From assembly GCF_009914755.1 (NCBI RefSeq), contig NC_060933.1: a DNA stretch of 64,000 nucleotides; one strand, written 5' to 3'. This document shows positions 1-15,190 of the stretch, piece by piece. The position numbers were made by a program, and so were the translations under genes. The notes beneath the pieces are model-generated. The model had not been told where the DNA came from. It was given only the letters and a program-made list of their open reading frames with translations, and did no database searches. The DNA comes from the human T2T-CHM13v2.0 reference genome, Homo sapiens. Position 1 is the first letter of the stretch. Every line of letters begins with the position of its first letter.

Positions 1-1415
1 TCAGAAAATGGAAGTTTTAGTCTGGAGCTTAAGAGTTCATCCTTTCCGCCTCCACCCCGCAAAAAGCAGGAGAACTAATGTTTTAGCAGAGGCTGGACCT
101 TGCTTGTCCTTGCAAGACATATGCTCACAGCTTCCCATAGAGGTTTTGATTCTGTGCAGAATTATCCAGATAGCAGCCCCTGAGCCCATGGGGATATTTC
201 GCCATGGTTCTGGCATTGTTCCTGAAGCAGATGGCAGGCAGCCTGTAGTCCACAGTTCACTCTGAGTGGGAAGGTGACTTCCCAGGACAGCCGGACATAG
301 CACTGCTGAGCCCAGCTGGCCTTGGAGCTGTGGACACCTGTTCCCTGTTCTCAGCCAGAGCTCTCCTGGCTCGGGCTCACAGCTGCTTGTTGCCTGTGGT
401 GGGCCAAGATCCTATGTCACAGGGTACACATCTGCCTGAGGTCACTTATTAACCCCCAGTTTTTTTCCTTTCCTGGTCTCTAGGGCACCCCTAGGCTTGG
501 AAGGAAGACGTCTCCTGGCCCCACCCACCGAGGTTCATTTGATTGATTGTATGCAAATAGCCCTTTATTTACATGCCACTATTAAGCTGCTAATTGTTCC
601 TGTTGGGGTGACAGATACTGAATGTATACGTATTGTGCCTGAGCTCACCAGCAAACAGAAGCATCAAGCCCAGGGGTAAAGGCTGAAGCTTTCACAGTGC
701 AGAGACTGCTAGCCTGGGCACACGCACCTCCTTTCTGGCCGTCTTCTGTGTAGGGCACACTTTAACCCAGTCTCTGTTGCTGTTGAGTCTCTGCTCCGTT
801 TTGTACAGTCACAGGGAATTCTGATCTGAAGGGGCACCTTCTGTTCACTCCCACAAAGTGGTGTCTGGTTCTCACTGAGACGTTTTAAGATTTTTCCACA
901 AATATTTATATGTACTAAATGTGGAACCATTAGAAAGTTCTTCCAAAATCTCATTCCAGCATAGTTTTGGATTTTTCTTTTGTCTTATTTTAAAATAAGG
1001 AAGTCGAGATGACTTTGATCATTGGTAACTTGGGCCTGGGCCAGACAAAGTATAAAACTTACAAAAGAATATTCTCATTTGGTCTTAACTAGGTAGATGT
1101 AATATATGACTTTTTATAAAAAGGGTATCTATATGAACTTGACACAGTATTTTCAGCTTTTGTATTCCATACTAAAGCCATGAAGAACTACACGTAACAT
1201 CATCATTTGTATTAATTGCACAACTCCAATGCTAAAGGTTGGATTGTGTTAGAGGAATCGGCTCTGTATTTGCCTCTAGAGAAACACAGTGTTCTCTTTG
1301 TATTTATGGATTCCTTTTTACCGTGTCACATTTACTTTGGTCCTCTATGTATTTAAATGTTTGAAGTGCCTTAGACTCTTGCCATATTTTCAAAATAAAA
1401 TTCCATTAAGCTCTT
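1..1415 (+). other. Probable distal 3' UTR of an unidentified + strand gene (open at the window start)
   Basis: Repeat-free and AU-rich towards the end, with many TGTA (CFIm) motifs. miRNA seed matches: GTGCCTTA 1366-1373, CAGTATT 1145-1151, CAGTGTT 1287-1293, TTGCACA 1216-1222. Ends in AATAAA followed by a U/GU-rich element. Confidence 0.7.
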
Positions 1416-1431
1416 TTCCTTGTCCCTGTTT
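1394..1431 (+). terminator. Polyadenylation signal AATAAA with downstream U/GU-rich element
   Basis: AATAAA at 1394-1399; TTTTCCTTGTCCCTGTTT at 1414-1431. Confidence 0.7.
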
Positions 1432-1770
1432 CATCTCTGATAGCTGTCCGCCCCGAGCCGATTGACTTACGGCAGTGGCAGCACACGCTGATGGATTGAG
1501 CTGAGCAGGGAGGGTGAGTGCGCCAGTTGGCTCCGACAGGGAGACAGCATCTTCCGAGGGCGCTTGTCCACTTGCACAGCTTGGCTCCTGACTCAGATTG
1601 CAAGTCGGGAGGCTGAAGTTTGAGGCCTCCTTAGACAAAGCGCTCTTCCGATGGGTAGCCGGAGATGCTTCTTCTCAGGTGCAGAAGCACTAGTCCTTGA
1701 CTCTGAGTACAACTGCTGGGTGACTAGGTGATACGTGTAGTGACAAGAAAGGAGAGATGAAGCCGGACAC

Positions 1771-2070
<300 letters not shown>

Positions 2071-2614
2071 TCAAATTATTTTTAAATAGTAAAGTAAGTT
2101 GGGACCATCTCATTAAATGAAGCAGCATGGCAGCCAGAATTCAAACCAGGTGTTCTGGCACAATCGCTGGTGGTGAGTTTTGGCCAAGGCCATCTATGAG
2201 AGCCAAGTGCACTGGAGAAATATCAGAGACTTCTTTCCCTCCCTCCCCCGCTTTTAAAAATTAAACATTATTGAGCTCAGGAAAGAGGCCAGAGAATAGA
2301 CTTTTCCCATAGGTGTTTCATTATGAGGTCTGTTTCAGAGTCAAGATTTGAACCTTTCAGAGGAAAACAATTTGGGGGGCTGTGAGAGCCATGCTGGCAG
2401 TGCAGGCAAACCTGGGCAGCAACAGACCAGCTCTCCCAGGACCACAAGGATGACTTTCCTCTGCATGAACTGTGAAAGTGAGGTCACAGCCACCTGGAGG
2501 CACATCCCTCTCGGGACATAACCTAAACCTACTAGCTGATACATGCTGAATTTCAGATCATGTAGCTCTTCAAGCCGAAGTTCCTACAGATCCAAAATGG
2601 CACAATAAAAGCAG

Positions 2615-2633
2615 GAGAGAGAGAGAGAGAGAG

Positions 2634-2663
<30 letters not shown>
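2615..2663. repeat. Compound microsatellite (GA)n(GT)n(GA)n
   Basis: Read directly. Confidence 0.95.
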
Positions 2664-2664
<1 letters not shown>

Positions 2665-3157
2665 GTAGAGCCATGCGTGGTCTGCCCCTTATGGGCATAA
2701 CCTACCTTTTGAGCAAATAAGGTAGTACCTCTGGTGGTTCCCGGGCCTGGGAATTTTCTTTGTTCCATCTGAGAAAGGAAAGGCATGAATGTAAATGAAT
2801 GAGCAAATGAATCCCCCTGTCTGCATGCTGCCCTTCTGATTTCTCATGCTAGATTTTGAAATAGAAAATGAGTGCTTGTTTTATCAGATACAAGATATGT
2901 ATCTGACCTCTAAGTAATGAATGCTAGATGGTACCTTGTTTGCTCTAATCACACTAGGCATTTAGAATGCCTTTTATCTTGGGATCCTGGTATACTATAT
3001 AAACAAGCCTGATTATGCCCATTGGTACAGTTGCAGTTTATTGAGGCACAAACTCCATAAAAGGGATTTGTGACAGGAGGCTTGGGCAAGGTTCCCAAGT
3101 AAGACCAGCATGGGGTTGGCAACTCCTGATCTTATTTTCCAGCTTAAGAGAAGTCTA

Positions 3158-3434
3158 GGTGGGTGTGGTGGCTCACACCCATTATCTTAGCACTTTGGGA
3201 GGCTCAGTCAGGCAGATCACTTGAGTCCAGGAGTTCGAGACAAGCCTGGGCAATATAGCAAGATCTCATCTCTACAAAAGAAAAATTAGCTGGGCGTGGT
3301 GGCATGTACTGTAGTGCCAGCTACTTAGGGGTTGAGATGGGAGAATCACCTTGGCCCAGGAAGTTGAGGCTACAGTAAGCCATGATTGTGCCACTGCACT
3401 CCAGCCTGGGTAATAGAGTGAGAACCTGTCTCGG

Positions 3435-3463
<29 letters not shown>
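3158..3463 (+). mobile_element. AluJ
   Basis: Diverged dimeric Alu with A-tail. Confidence 0.9.
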
Positions 3464-3466
<3 letters not shown>

Positions 3467-3613
3467 AAGGTTTAAATCTTTAAGTGATGAAAAGACAGCT
3501 TCCCAGAAACCTTGCCTTGGAAGTTGAACCACGGACAGTTGGGAGCCACCCCAAGACAACAGGAGTGGAACAGTGGGACTTTTGAGAGTTTAACGTTAAG
3601 AAAGTAAAACTAA

Positions 3614-3760
3614 GCCAGGTGTGGTGGTTCACACCTGTAATCTCAGCTACTGGGACAAAGGCTGAGGTGGGAGGATTGCTTGAATCCAGGAGTTTGAGGC
3701 CAGCCTGGCCAATGTAGTGAGACCCCCATCTCTTTAAAAAACAAACAAACAAAGGAAAAA
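3614..3760 (+). mobile_element. FLAM / Alu left monomer
   Basis: Single Alu arm followed by an A-rich tail. Confidence 0.85.
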
Positions 3761-4186
3761 AAAACTGGCAACTTGTCGTGACACTATTACGACTAAACTG
3801 ACAACTAAATGTCTCACCAAGGGGGAGGAAGGGTGCTTCTGGAGACGTTTACTAGGAACACTTCATCTAGCTCTGGTATCCAAAATAAATGAAGCTCTGA
3901 GCGCTTTCCTTGTAAGTTAATACTTGGGAGAACAACATTATCCCTGATTTTTGTACTACTGAAGTACTGCCGATATCTGACAATCCTTGCAGATGGAATC
4001 ACATAAGAAAACTATTTCTCCTTCAAAGGAAATAATGACCAAACATAACCTTTCTTTAAATTCTGCTAGATCTTTTGTGGGGGAACTTGCTACAAGTAGA
4101 ATTACATTTTTATGATTTTGTATAAGCCTTCCCTTCACGAGACACTTAAGAATTTCCAGAGGGAGCAGGTAGAAAATGCAAATTTC

Positions 4187-4460
4187 AGTCGGACACGGTG
4201 GCTCAGGCCCATAATCCCAGCACTTTGGGAGGCCGAGGCAGGCAGATCACCTGAGCTCAGGAATTTGAGATCAGCCTGGGCAACATGGTGAAACCCCACC
4301 TCTACTAAAACTACAAAAAACTAGCCGGACGTGATGGTGCACGCCTGTAATCTCAGCTACTCAGGAGGCGGAGGTTGCAGTGAGTCAAGATCACGCCACG
4401 GCACTCCAGCCTGGCCAACAGAATAAGACTCTGTTCTCAAAAAACAAACAAACAAACAAG
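4187..4460 (+). mobile_element. AluS with an internal deletion, inside a MER5-like relic
   Basis: Alu consensus; TSD-like GCAAATTTC on both sides. Confidence 0.9.
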
Positions 4461-6129
4461 CAAATTTCCAGCCTGGTCTGAGAATCCCCATCCTTAACAA
4501 GCATCCCAGGTGTTTCTGAACATAGCCTTTGGTCCACACTAAGAAGCTGTTGCTCCCAAAGTATGAGACATGATGCATCTGTTCTTCCCCACACATGTTA
4601 GGCAGGGTGGGGGAACTACATCAAAACAAACATTGGCTTTACCTTAGCTCTCTAAGGAGCCGGGCTTCCACTGGTGATCAGGATCCCACATAGGTTTTCT
4701 GTGGTGCTGCACATCCATGTTCAGTAGCATTTCTGCATCTCCTGGAATATAGTCATTTCTAGAAGTCCAGGAACCATGACTGCCACAGATCCATTTTTCT
4801 GTGCTTGTAAGGACCAGAGAAGGTGGCTCAGTATATAGGTGACAGTGGCTGGGCAGGCAGACAGCTCTTAGAATATTTTCCCAAGCTAATCTTTTCCATT
4901 TCCACTTCCTCGTGGAGCTGGACTATTACTGCTCAGAAGGAGGCCATGAACCATTGCTTTGGCTTTGGAATAAAGAATTTTCCATTTTCTTTTTTTTACT
5001 AAAAGCACCTTTTTTTTAAAGCCCTAGGCCTTAGCCAGAAACTGTTCTACTTTCTGCATAAGGAAATTACTAATCATACGTTTTCTCTGCTCTTATTCAG
5101 CATGGCTGTAATTTAAAAGCCAGCTGATTATAAAAATATAAAGTACATTTTGTTGCAGTTTCTTACCACAAAGGATGTGGCTGAACCGTAGACCACAACG
5201 TTCCTGAGCTGCTCACGCTCGAACCCCTCCCCACTGAAGGCACCAGCTACTCCCTGCAGGGACCAGACAGTCATGGCTTTTCAAGCATGAAAGATGGCAT
5301 TATTTGGAACTTGTAATGATATCCTTGAGATACCTATCCTGAATTCTGGCAAGGATCTTGCAGTGAAGCTGGAAAACAACATATCATTTTTGCAGGTGCA
5401 TGCTTAGACAGAAATGTCTGATTTAGAGGATGTTGGGAAGGAGCTGGCATTTTAAGAATCCAGCTGCCCACTGCATCTCCATTAAGACCTTTGTTGATTA
5501 AATAGGTAAGAGGATGGAAAACATATCCCTCATTTTCATAAAATGGAAGCTGCATAACAAATATTCCTATTTCTAAAACCAAATGTCAATCTTGTATTTG
5601 AGCCAAAATAACTTTTACACTTGTTCCCCATTCCCCAACCCAGAAGGAACTAGTTACCCAGCCCTAGAAACCACCTGGAAGGCTAAGGCTGTGCGACTGA
5701 CAGCGAGAGAAAATCCCTGAGCTGCAGACACGCAGGTGCTGCTTTGCTGTCACTGGTGCAGGCAGCTCGATGCCTTGTTGAGGCTGGTTGTAGGAGAGCA
5801 AGTGCCAGCTGGGCAGGCCGCTTCTCATGTGTCGGGCAGCAAAGAGATTCTTGCTATGGTCCCATCTGCTCTTTTAGGAAGTACTGGATGTGCTTAAACA
5901 GGTAATAAGGAAAATATTTATTAGGTAAAATCCCTGAGAGTTGAGAGAGCTCACCCACCCCCAATCCTGCCTAAAATATGTCACCCCCACCCCCAGAAAA
6001 ATCCAGTCTTCCAACAGGAAGCTTATTAGGATGAAATCTCATGCTTCGGTTTGTAACACCATCTGCCAGGACTGAGAAGTTCCGGTGTCTAGCTGAGAAA
6101 TACTAGTTGAATGAATGAGTGTAAAAAAA

Positions 6130-6330
6130 TAACTGATGGTGTTAGAAGTCAGGAGTGTTGCCATGAGGGAGCTGGAAGGAGCCCAAATGGGGCTGGTGAG
6201 CTCCTGGTAATGGTCAATTTCTTGCCTGGGGGGTAGTTGCACTGTTATGCTCACTTTGTGACCATTCATCAGGCTGTAGACACACGTGTGTGCTTTCCTG
6301 TATGTATATTAACTTCAATTTTTTTTAAAG
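6130..6330 (+). mobile_element. Old L1 (L1ME-like) 3' end fragment
   Basis: Resembles the L1ME 3' UTR (...ttcatcaggctgtagacac...tatgtatattaacttcaat). Confidence 0.65.
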
Positions 6331-6469
6331 TTTAAGAAAATGAAAAAGTTTGATCAAAAAAGACCTTGGGAAGGAAGGTGCAGATTTGAGAGTCAATATA
6401 ATCAAAGAGATAGTGAAAGAAGGTAAAAACTGGAAACTCTTAGCCCTGCTGTTTCTTGAATGTGAACAC

Positions 6470-7000
6470 ATAGCTTTGCATGATGGCCATTGTGGCCCAC
6501 TCATAACCTTGAATAGCAGTCACGAGGGCTGTTCTCAGATACTCCAGTTCTTTTTCTGGGCACAACAGGATCGGATGTACTACCCACACACTTTTGAAGT
6601 TACACTTGGCCATGTGACTTCTCCAATGAAACAGAAAAGGTTATGTGTCAATTCCAGATGGAAGCTTCAAAAGCCAGTGCAGTTTACCGTATCTTGTACT
6701 CCCCTTGTCACAGTGATGATCACGGAAGCAAGTGTTGACACAGACATCCCATTAGTGTCGACCCTGAGTGACTACGTGGAATAGAGTTTCCTTGCCAAGC
6801 TGTGTTGCAGGTGTATTAGGAACAAGAAATAGTCCTTTATTATGCTAAGCCAGAGAAGCTAGGGAGTGACTTGCTGGCACAGCGTAACTTAGATTTTCTT
6901 TATCCATACAAAAACTGGTTCCTCAAAGTGAAGTGCTGCTGTGTAACCAAATGGCTTAGTTGATTGGTGGACAGCAACAAAACTGTCACTGGGGACTTAA
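6470..7000 (+). mobile_element. MLT1 (I/J-like) MaLR LTR plus the start of internal sequence
   Basis: ggccatgtgactt...ccaatgaaa motif; LTR end ...atacaaaaactggttcctcaaagtgaagtgctgctg. Confidence 0.65.
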
Positions 7001-7201
7001 TCATAGAACAATGACAACTATTTGGATGACTATTTTCTTAATAATCCCCAGGGATGGTACATACCAGTACCATCCTAGTTGCAGAGAGAGAATGTAACCT
7101 ATTATCTACAGTGGATGCCTTAGGGCACTAGGGACTACATATTTTTGTGAAAGGAAAGCCATTTCCTGTGTACAGTCTGCCTAGATTGTCTCTTAGAAAC
7201 G

Positions 7202-7388
7202 TGTAGCTCTCAAACTTTGGTGTGCATCGGAATCCCCAGGATGGTTTGTGAAAACACACTGCTGGGCCTCAACCTCGACTTTCCAATTCGGTAGGTCTAG
7301 AAAGAGGCTCAAGAATTGGCATTTCCAACAAGTTCCCAGGTGGTGCTGATGCTTCTGGTCCAGAAACCCCACTTTGAGAAATGCTGCT
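7202..7388. mobile_element. MER5A (hAT-Charlie)
   Basis: ctctcaaacttt...gcatcggaatc...ccactttgagaaatgctg termini. Confidence 0.85.
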
Positions 7389-7775
7389 CTAGAGGAAGGG
7401 CTCTGATAAGGAGGATTCCTGTCCATCAGGGAGCTCTAAAGTGTCTGTTCTTTCATCTTTGTAGGCTTTCGTCTTTTGCAGTTTCCAGTGACTAAACCTT
7501 ATGAGTTAACTTGTTCCCTGTGGAACTTTTGCTTCCCAGTATAAAAAACAAATTCTGCAAAGATACCATTGCCCAATAGGAAGTCTTTCTACAGCTTGTA
7601 CAATATATCAAGTGTTTATAAATCCTGTATTCATCCAGAATTTGGCCATAGAACTTGACTCACAGCAGTCTTAAAAAAAAAAATGACTCATACATTTCCC
7701 TTAGAAAGTAATGTTTCTTTATGCTAATCCCATGAGTTTCTGTGTCAGCTCACTCCCTTATGAATGCACATTTTA

Positions 7776-8089
<314 letters not shown>

Positions 8090-8678
8090 TCATGGTCTCC
8101 TCTGGAAACCCAGGTGGCATGGAGGAGAGTGTGCTGCACTGCTGCCCTCTCAGCTGCTGCCTCTGCATTCCATCCTGGGTTCTGATTCTGCCATCAGGCA
8201 GAAGTGCACAGTGTTTTTCCTTTCCAGAGCAGAAAAACGGTCATCCTAGGTGTTCACACTGAGATGCAAGAGACTGAGTCATCTGTGTTGGAAAGCCACA
8301 GGGGTCCAATGAACCCAGGAACCAATTGAAGATCCTCTTGCCTAAGGACACATATGGTATGTCCACAGCGCTAAGTTCAGAGACCAAGTTGAGATGAGCT
8401 AGAAGAGGGAGAAGACATCAGTGTTTCACTGGGAAAGCAGGCAACTTGTTTATATCTTCTCTCATCTGTAAATTCACCTCCAAGAGACAAGACACTCAGA
8501 AAGTACACTTGCTGAGATTGATTGATGGAAGGCCTTGAATGACCAAAGGAACGTTAATGAAGTTCCCCATATGCTTCATTCAGTCATCATCAGAGATATA
8601 TGACCACTACATAACCAAAGAGCCAGAAGCTTGGTGTCTGTCTTATAAACCTTGCTATAGATATTGGTCTGTAGAACA

Positions 8679-8971
8679 TTTTTTTTTTTTGAGGCGGAGT
8701 CTCACTCTGTTGCCCAAGCTGGAGTGCAGTGATGAGATCTTGGCTCACTGCAACCTCCACCTCCTGGGTTCAAGCGATTCTCGTGCCTCAGCCTCCCAAG
8801 CAGCTCGGATTACAGGCACACACCACCACGCCTGGCTAATTTTTATATTTTTAGGAGAGCCGGGGTTTCATTATGTTGGCCAGGCTGGTCTCAAACTCCT
8901 GATGTCAGGTGATCTGCCCACCTGAGCGTCCCAAAGTGCTAAGATTACAGGCATGAGTCACTGTGCCTGGC
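8679..8971 (-). mobile_element. AluS
   Basis: Reverse Alu consensus. Confidence 0.95.
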
Positions 8972-9192
8972 ACATATTTAAAAAAGTAGAGCACAGTCAT
9001 TTTACTTACCTGTGTGTGTCGGAGTTTAGGGACTCCAGCTGAGGACAAACATCCTACACTTGCCAGTGCACAACAGTCTTGGGTTCAGAAATTTGTTTTG
9101 CCAAATTCTTGTCACTGCTTCTAATCCTTTTTAAAATTGGGGGCCCAAACACTGTCATCACCCACCAGTAAGTCTTCTGAAGATTACCTCTC

Positions 9193-9500
9193 GGCCGGGT
9201 GCGGTGGCTCACACCTATAACCCCAGCACTTTGGGAGGCCGAGGCGGGTGGATCACCTGAGGTCAGGAGTTGGAGACCAGCCTGGCCAGCGTGGTGAAAC
9301 CCTGTCTCTACCAAAAATACAAAAATTAGGCGGTCGTGGTGGCTTGCACCTGTAATCCCAGCTACTCAGCTACTTGGGAGGCTGAGGCAGAAGAATCCCT
9401 TGAACCCAGGAGGCAGAGGTTGCGGTGAGCTGAGATCACACCACTGCACTTCCAGCCTGGGCGATAAGAGTGAGACTCTGTCTCAAAAACAATCAATTAA
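9193..9500 (+). mobile_element. AluS
   Basis: Full-length; TSD AAGATTACCT. Confidence 0.95.
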
Positions 9501-9899
9501 TTAAAGATTACCTTTCAATGATCGGTACCTACATTTACCTCTGCATGGAAAGGAGTTTCACCCAGGTGCCAACATGATGAACATTAACTGCTATTAGCAA
9601 TCCACCCATCCGGGTAGACAGGCTGTCAGCCAGAGTCTACAGAAACGTAGGCAGTCACTCTTCCCTTTGCTTCCCCCTCCTGTTCATTTGATGCCTAATA
9701 AAGAATGACTTTTCACTTGTGCTCATTGTCCAGTTTTTACCAAGATATGAAATACATCTATAGCGCTGAAGACCAGTGAAAGATATTCAGTTTGGGGCAA
9801 TGCAAGGAAAGAAGCAATCTACAGGGAACTATTTTATTTGAAGGTGAAAGTTGCTTCTGTTAACTCTTCAAGAAATGCATCATTCTAAGTGGGACATTT

Positions 9900-10290
9900 C
9901 AGTTATTTATGGTCAGGATATTATTAGGTAACAGTCCTCAAAGCCTCAGTAGCCTACCAGAGTAAGCATGCATTGCTCACACCTCTGGGTGCCCAGCGAA
10001 GTGGCTGTGCTGACCTTGGCCAGTCTCACAGCTGTCAGCTGACCTAGGCTGGGTAGCTAAAGTGCGTTCTCATGGCCATAACAGAAATGCAAGAATACAG
10101 GTGGACAGGGATCCTGGAGGCTCAGGCTCAGAACTCGTACTCCATTAATTTCATGGCACTCCATTGGCCCAAGCAAATCATAAGACCAGTCCAGATTCAA
10201 AGAGATTGGGAAACAAATCCTTCAGTGAAAGGAACTGCAAAGCCACATGCCGGAATGTTTGGCTATAGAAAGAAAGAAAGGATTTGGAGC
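9900..10290 (-). mobile_element. MLT1 (J/K-like) LTR, degraded
   Basis: cactccattggcccaagcaaatcataagaccagtccagattcaaag motif. Confidence 0.6.
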
Positions 10291-10537
10291 CATAAAATGC
10301 AATAAACCCATCAGAGTGGGATCCTCTCCCAATAATAGCTCCGGCCCGGATTTTGGAATTGCTCAGGAGGCATACTTCTAATAACCTACTTAAATACCTG
10401 TGGGGAAGCGTGGAGCTAGGAACTCTGGTCCACCCTTGAGATTGATGTCTGCAGAGCCTTTTCTGTGGTGGAGCCCTTTTGTAAGTTCTCAGCCACACCA
10501 TTATCACTACCTTGAGTGCTGCCATCAAGAAGCCACC

Positions 10538-10645
10538 GCTGAGGCAGGAGAATGGCGTGAACCCGGGAAGCGGAGCTTGCAGTGAGCCGAGATTGCGCCA
10601 CTGCAGTCCGCAGTCCGGCCTGGGCAACAGAGCGAGACTCCGTCT

Positions 10646-10684
<39 letters not shown>
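10538..10684 (+). mobile_element. 5'-truncated AluYb8/Yb9
   Basis: Diagnostic 7-bp duplication CTGCAGTCCGCAGTCCGGCC; pure 38-nt A tail; perfect TSD AAGAAGCCACC (10527-10537 and 10683-10693). Confidence 0.95.
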
Positions 10685-10686
<2 letters not shown>

Positions 10687-10832
10687 AGCCACCAACCAGA
10701 GCCGTCATCTGCTAAGTGTCCAGTGACTGTGAATGTAAAAGCGGAAGGTAGAAAATGGTAGCTTGTTGGAAAATATGGGGGTCGTAACCCAAAAACAGCT
10801 GTAAGAGAAGAGAGCTATCATAAAAGTCTTGA

Positions 10833-11130
<298 letters not shown>

Positions 11131-11874
11131 CACACAGCCTTGGGAGCTAGTTTCAAGCGGTATTTTTGACGAGTACCGGGGTGAAGCACCAGTAAGGGAA
11201 GAATTCCATCTCCAGCCTGTTCCCACTGAGGAGACTGTACCATAAAGCACTAGGGAAATCTGACCTCCACAGCCTTTGGCTTCCAACTGAGGATCAAAGC
11301 AAGGACAGGCATGAGTCATAGTAGAGTCCCCTTAAACCCTTAGCTGGTGAGCGTTATTTCACCACAAGCCATGGCTATTTCCTGTGGCCAAGAGGAAAAG
11401 GCTGCATAGTCATTTCTGAATTCCTGTGGAAGAACTACTCTGAGGCAGTCTTATCAAGCAAGTCTAGCTCTGTCTCTGGGCAGTGACCTGAAGGCATCTC
11501 TTCCTTAACTTTGACAGCTGATCCCAGACTAACTTGTCACATAGGAGTTGGACATTGGTTGTGCCATACTAACCCCAGGAGGAGGAAGTGGAGGAACTGA
11601 CTGAGAGGAGAGGTTACCACTTGCTAATGAAGTTAAGGGAATCCTCATTGCGCAAGGACGTTTCAGCTCTTCTGCCTGCTCTGAAGGTGGAACATGCTGT
11701 GGTCATCACTTTGGTCAAACATGAACAACAGCCTTATAGGAGAGCAGGTGGAGCTAATGGGGGAACAAAGATGAAAATCATGTTCAACACTTTTGGAAGC
11801 ACTGAACATGATGGGGTTAATGAGCCAGTGGTCTGATCCTCCTTCTGCTCATGGAGGGAGGCTGAAATGCCTGA

Positions 11875-12270
<396 letters not shown>

Positions 12271-12402
12271 TAGGTGACTTGTCACACCTGCTTCAGAGAG
12301 AGCCCAGGGCAGGCAAGGCAGTCCCCATTGGAGCTGACTTCCAACCCCATGCATGGCTGCTTCTCTGTGCTGCTTCCCTGCTGAGCTTCAACTCCCTTCT
12401 AG

Positions 12403-12832
<430 letters not shown>

Positions 12833-13225
12833 TTCATGGCAAGTCTTAAGGCTGTCAGTAACACATCTGAAGGGGGCCGTTATGCCAACAGGAAAGAGAC
12901 ATGTTCTGTGCTTCTCCAGGAGGAAGAGGGTCCAAAGTGCTGAGCCAAAAATCCAACAACTAGCACACATTTAAATGGGCTCCCCCAGGCGGGAATGAGG
13001 CAGGGAAGGTTTCTTCAAATAAACAGACACTCGTTCAACTCAACTCCAAATGGGCACCGCCCGCCCCCTGTGAAAGGCCTTGGTAAGGAGTGCGAGAGGT
13101 TAGCTGAGAAGGGTCCCAGCCAGCACAGAGGCTACTACTACCTGCAACCCCACCAGTTCCCTTCACTCCTCAGCCTGACCTATCAGCTCTCCCTAGTGGC
13201 CAGTGGGAGACATATCCAAGCATGA

Positions 13226-13618
<393 letters not shown>

Positions 13619-13681
13619 TGAATAAATCTGAAATCTTGATTGTATCAGATATATTGATGGTAACATCATTTCATGAAGCTT

Positions 13682-13712
13682 TGTGTGTGTGTGTGTGTGT
13701 GTGTGTTTGTGT
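13682..13712. repeat. (TG)n microsatellite
   Basis: Read directly. Confidence 0.95.
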
Positions 13713-13744
13713 ATCATCTCAGTCACAAAATAAGATGTGTTTGG

Positions 13745-13950
13745 GGTTTTTTGGTTTCTCCTTAAGACAGGGACTCACTATCACGCAGGCTGGAGTGCAG
13801 TTGTGCAATCACGGCTCACTGCAGCCTCAACCTCCTGGGCTCAAGCGATCCTCCCACTTAAGCCTTCCCAAGTGGCTGGGACCACAGGCGCACTCTACCA
13901 CACTAGGCTAATGTTGAGGCAGGATCTCACTATGTTGCCCAGGCTAGTCA
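13745..13950 (-). mobile_element. AluJ, partial
   Basis: cactgcagcctcaacctcctgggctcaagcgatcctccc. Confidence 0.85.
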
Positions 13951-14057
13951 CTTTTTTGTCTGGTAGCCTCATGGTCTAGAAAAGTTTCAACGTTTATAGC
14001 AAGTAACTTTTTCTTTCAACATCAGCCTACTTCACTCTTCTTTTTAATTATGTTCGA

Positions 14058-14480
14058 ATTTTTTATTGTAGTAAAACATACATAATATGAAGTTTGCCAT
14101 CTTTACTATTTTAAGTGTATAATTCAGTGACATGAATTGTATTTACAATATTTTGTAACTAGCACCACTATCCAGATCCAAAACTTTTTCATCACCCATA
14201 AAAGAAACTCCATAACCATTAAGCAAAACTGTCCATATCCCCTCCCTCAACCCCGGTAGCTTCAGTTCCACTTCCTGTCTCTATGCCTTTGCCTATTCTA
14301 GATAGCTCACATAGGGGAATCATGCAACCGTTGTCCTTTTGTGTCTGATTTATTTCTCTTAGCATAATGTCCTCAAGGTTCATCCATGTTGTAGCACATG
14401 TCAGAACTTAATTCCTTTTCATAGCTGAATAGTAGTGCACTGTATGTATATTCTGCCTTTTGTTTATGCATTCATTTGTT
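14058..14480 (-). mobile_element. L1MB-like 3' end fragment
   Basis: Reverse L1M 3' UTR motifs (ttaagtgtataattcagtg, tcaaggttcatccatgttgtagca). Confidence 0.8.
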
Positions 14481-14494
14481 ATCACCACCTCATC

Positions 14495-14766
14495 TTATTT
14501 TATTTGAGACAAGGTCTTACTCTGTCACCCAGGCTGGAGTGCAGTGGCGCAATCATGGCTCACTGCAGCCTGGACTTCTCGGGCTCAGGTGATCCTCCCA
14601 CCTAAAGCCTCGCAGGTAGCTGGCATTGCAGGTGCGCACTGCCACGCCTGGCGAATTTTTTGTAGAGATGGGGTTTCACCATGTTGCCCAGGTTGGTCTC
14701 AAATGATCCTCCTGTCTCGGCCTCCCTAAGTGCTAGGATTACAGGCATGAGCCACCACACCCAGCT
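14495..14766 (-). mobile_element. AluJ
   Basis: Diverged reverse Alu. Confidence 0.9.
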
Positions 14767-14959
14767 ACCACCTCATTTTAAAATAAAGTGAAGCTCAGAC
14801 TGGCTTCACTACTTAGCGGGAAGGCTGATCAGAAAGAGCAGGCCTCCTGCCTTCTAAGCCAAGACTTTTGCCACTACTCCAAGCTACTGACAAGCCTGCT
14901 TTGCCTTGACACCCTTTATTTCATATTCTGTTCCAATTCCAAGTCGTGAAAAATAACAA

Positions 14960-15190
14960 ACCCTTAGCACTTAACCACACAGCAGGCGCTGTTCTGAGTG
15001 GTTTGCTCACGTTCCCTTATTTTCTCCTTTCCAGAAACCTATAAAGTAGTTGAACACCATTACTATCCCCTTTTTATAGATGAAGCAACATAAACATCGA
15101 GAGGTTAAGTAACTTGTCCGAGATCACACAGCTATTAGTGAGAAAGCCAGGCAGACCTGCACCAAGTCCCTGCACTGAATCACTTCGCCA
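14960..15190 (-). mobile_element. MIR
   Basis: gagaggttaagtaacttgtccgagatcacacagct core. Confidence 0.75.
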
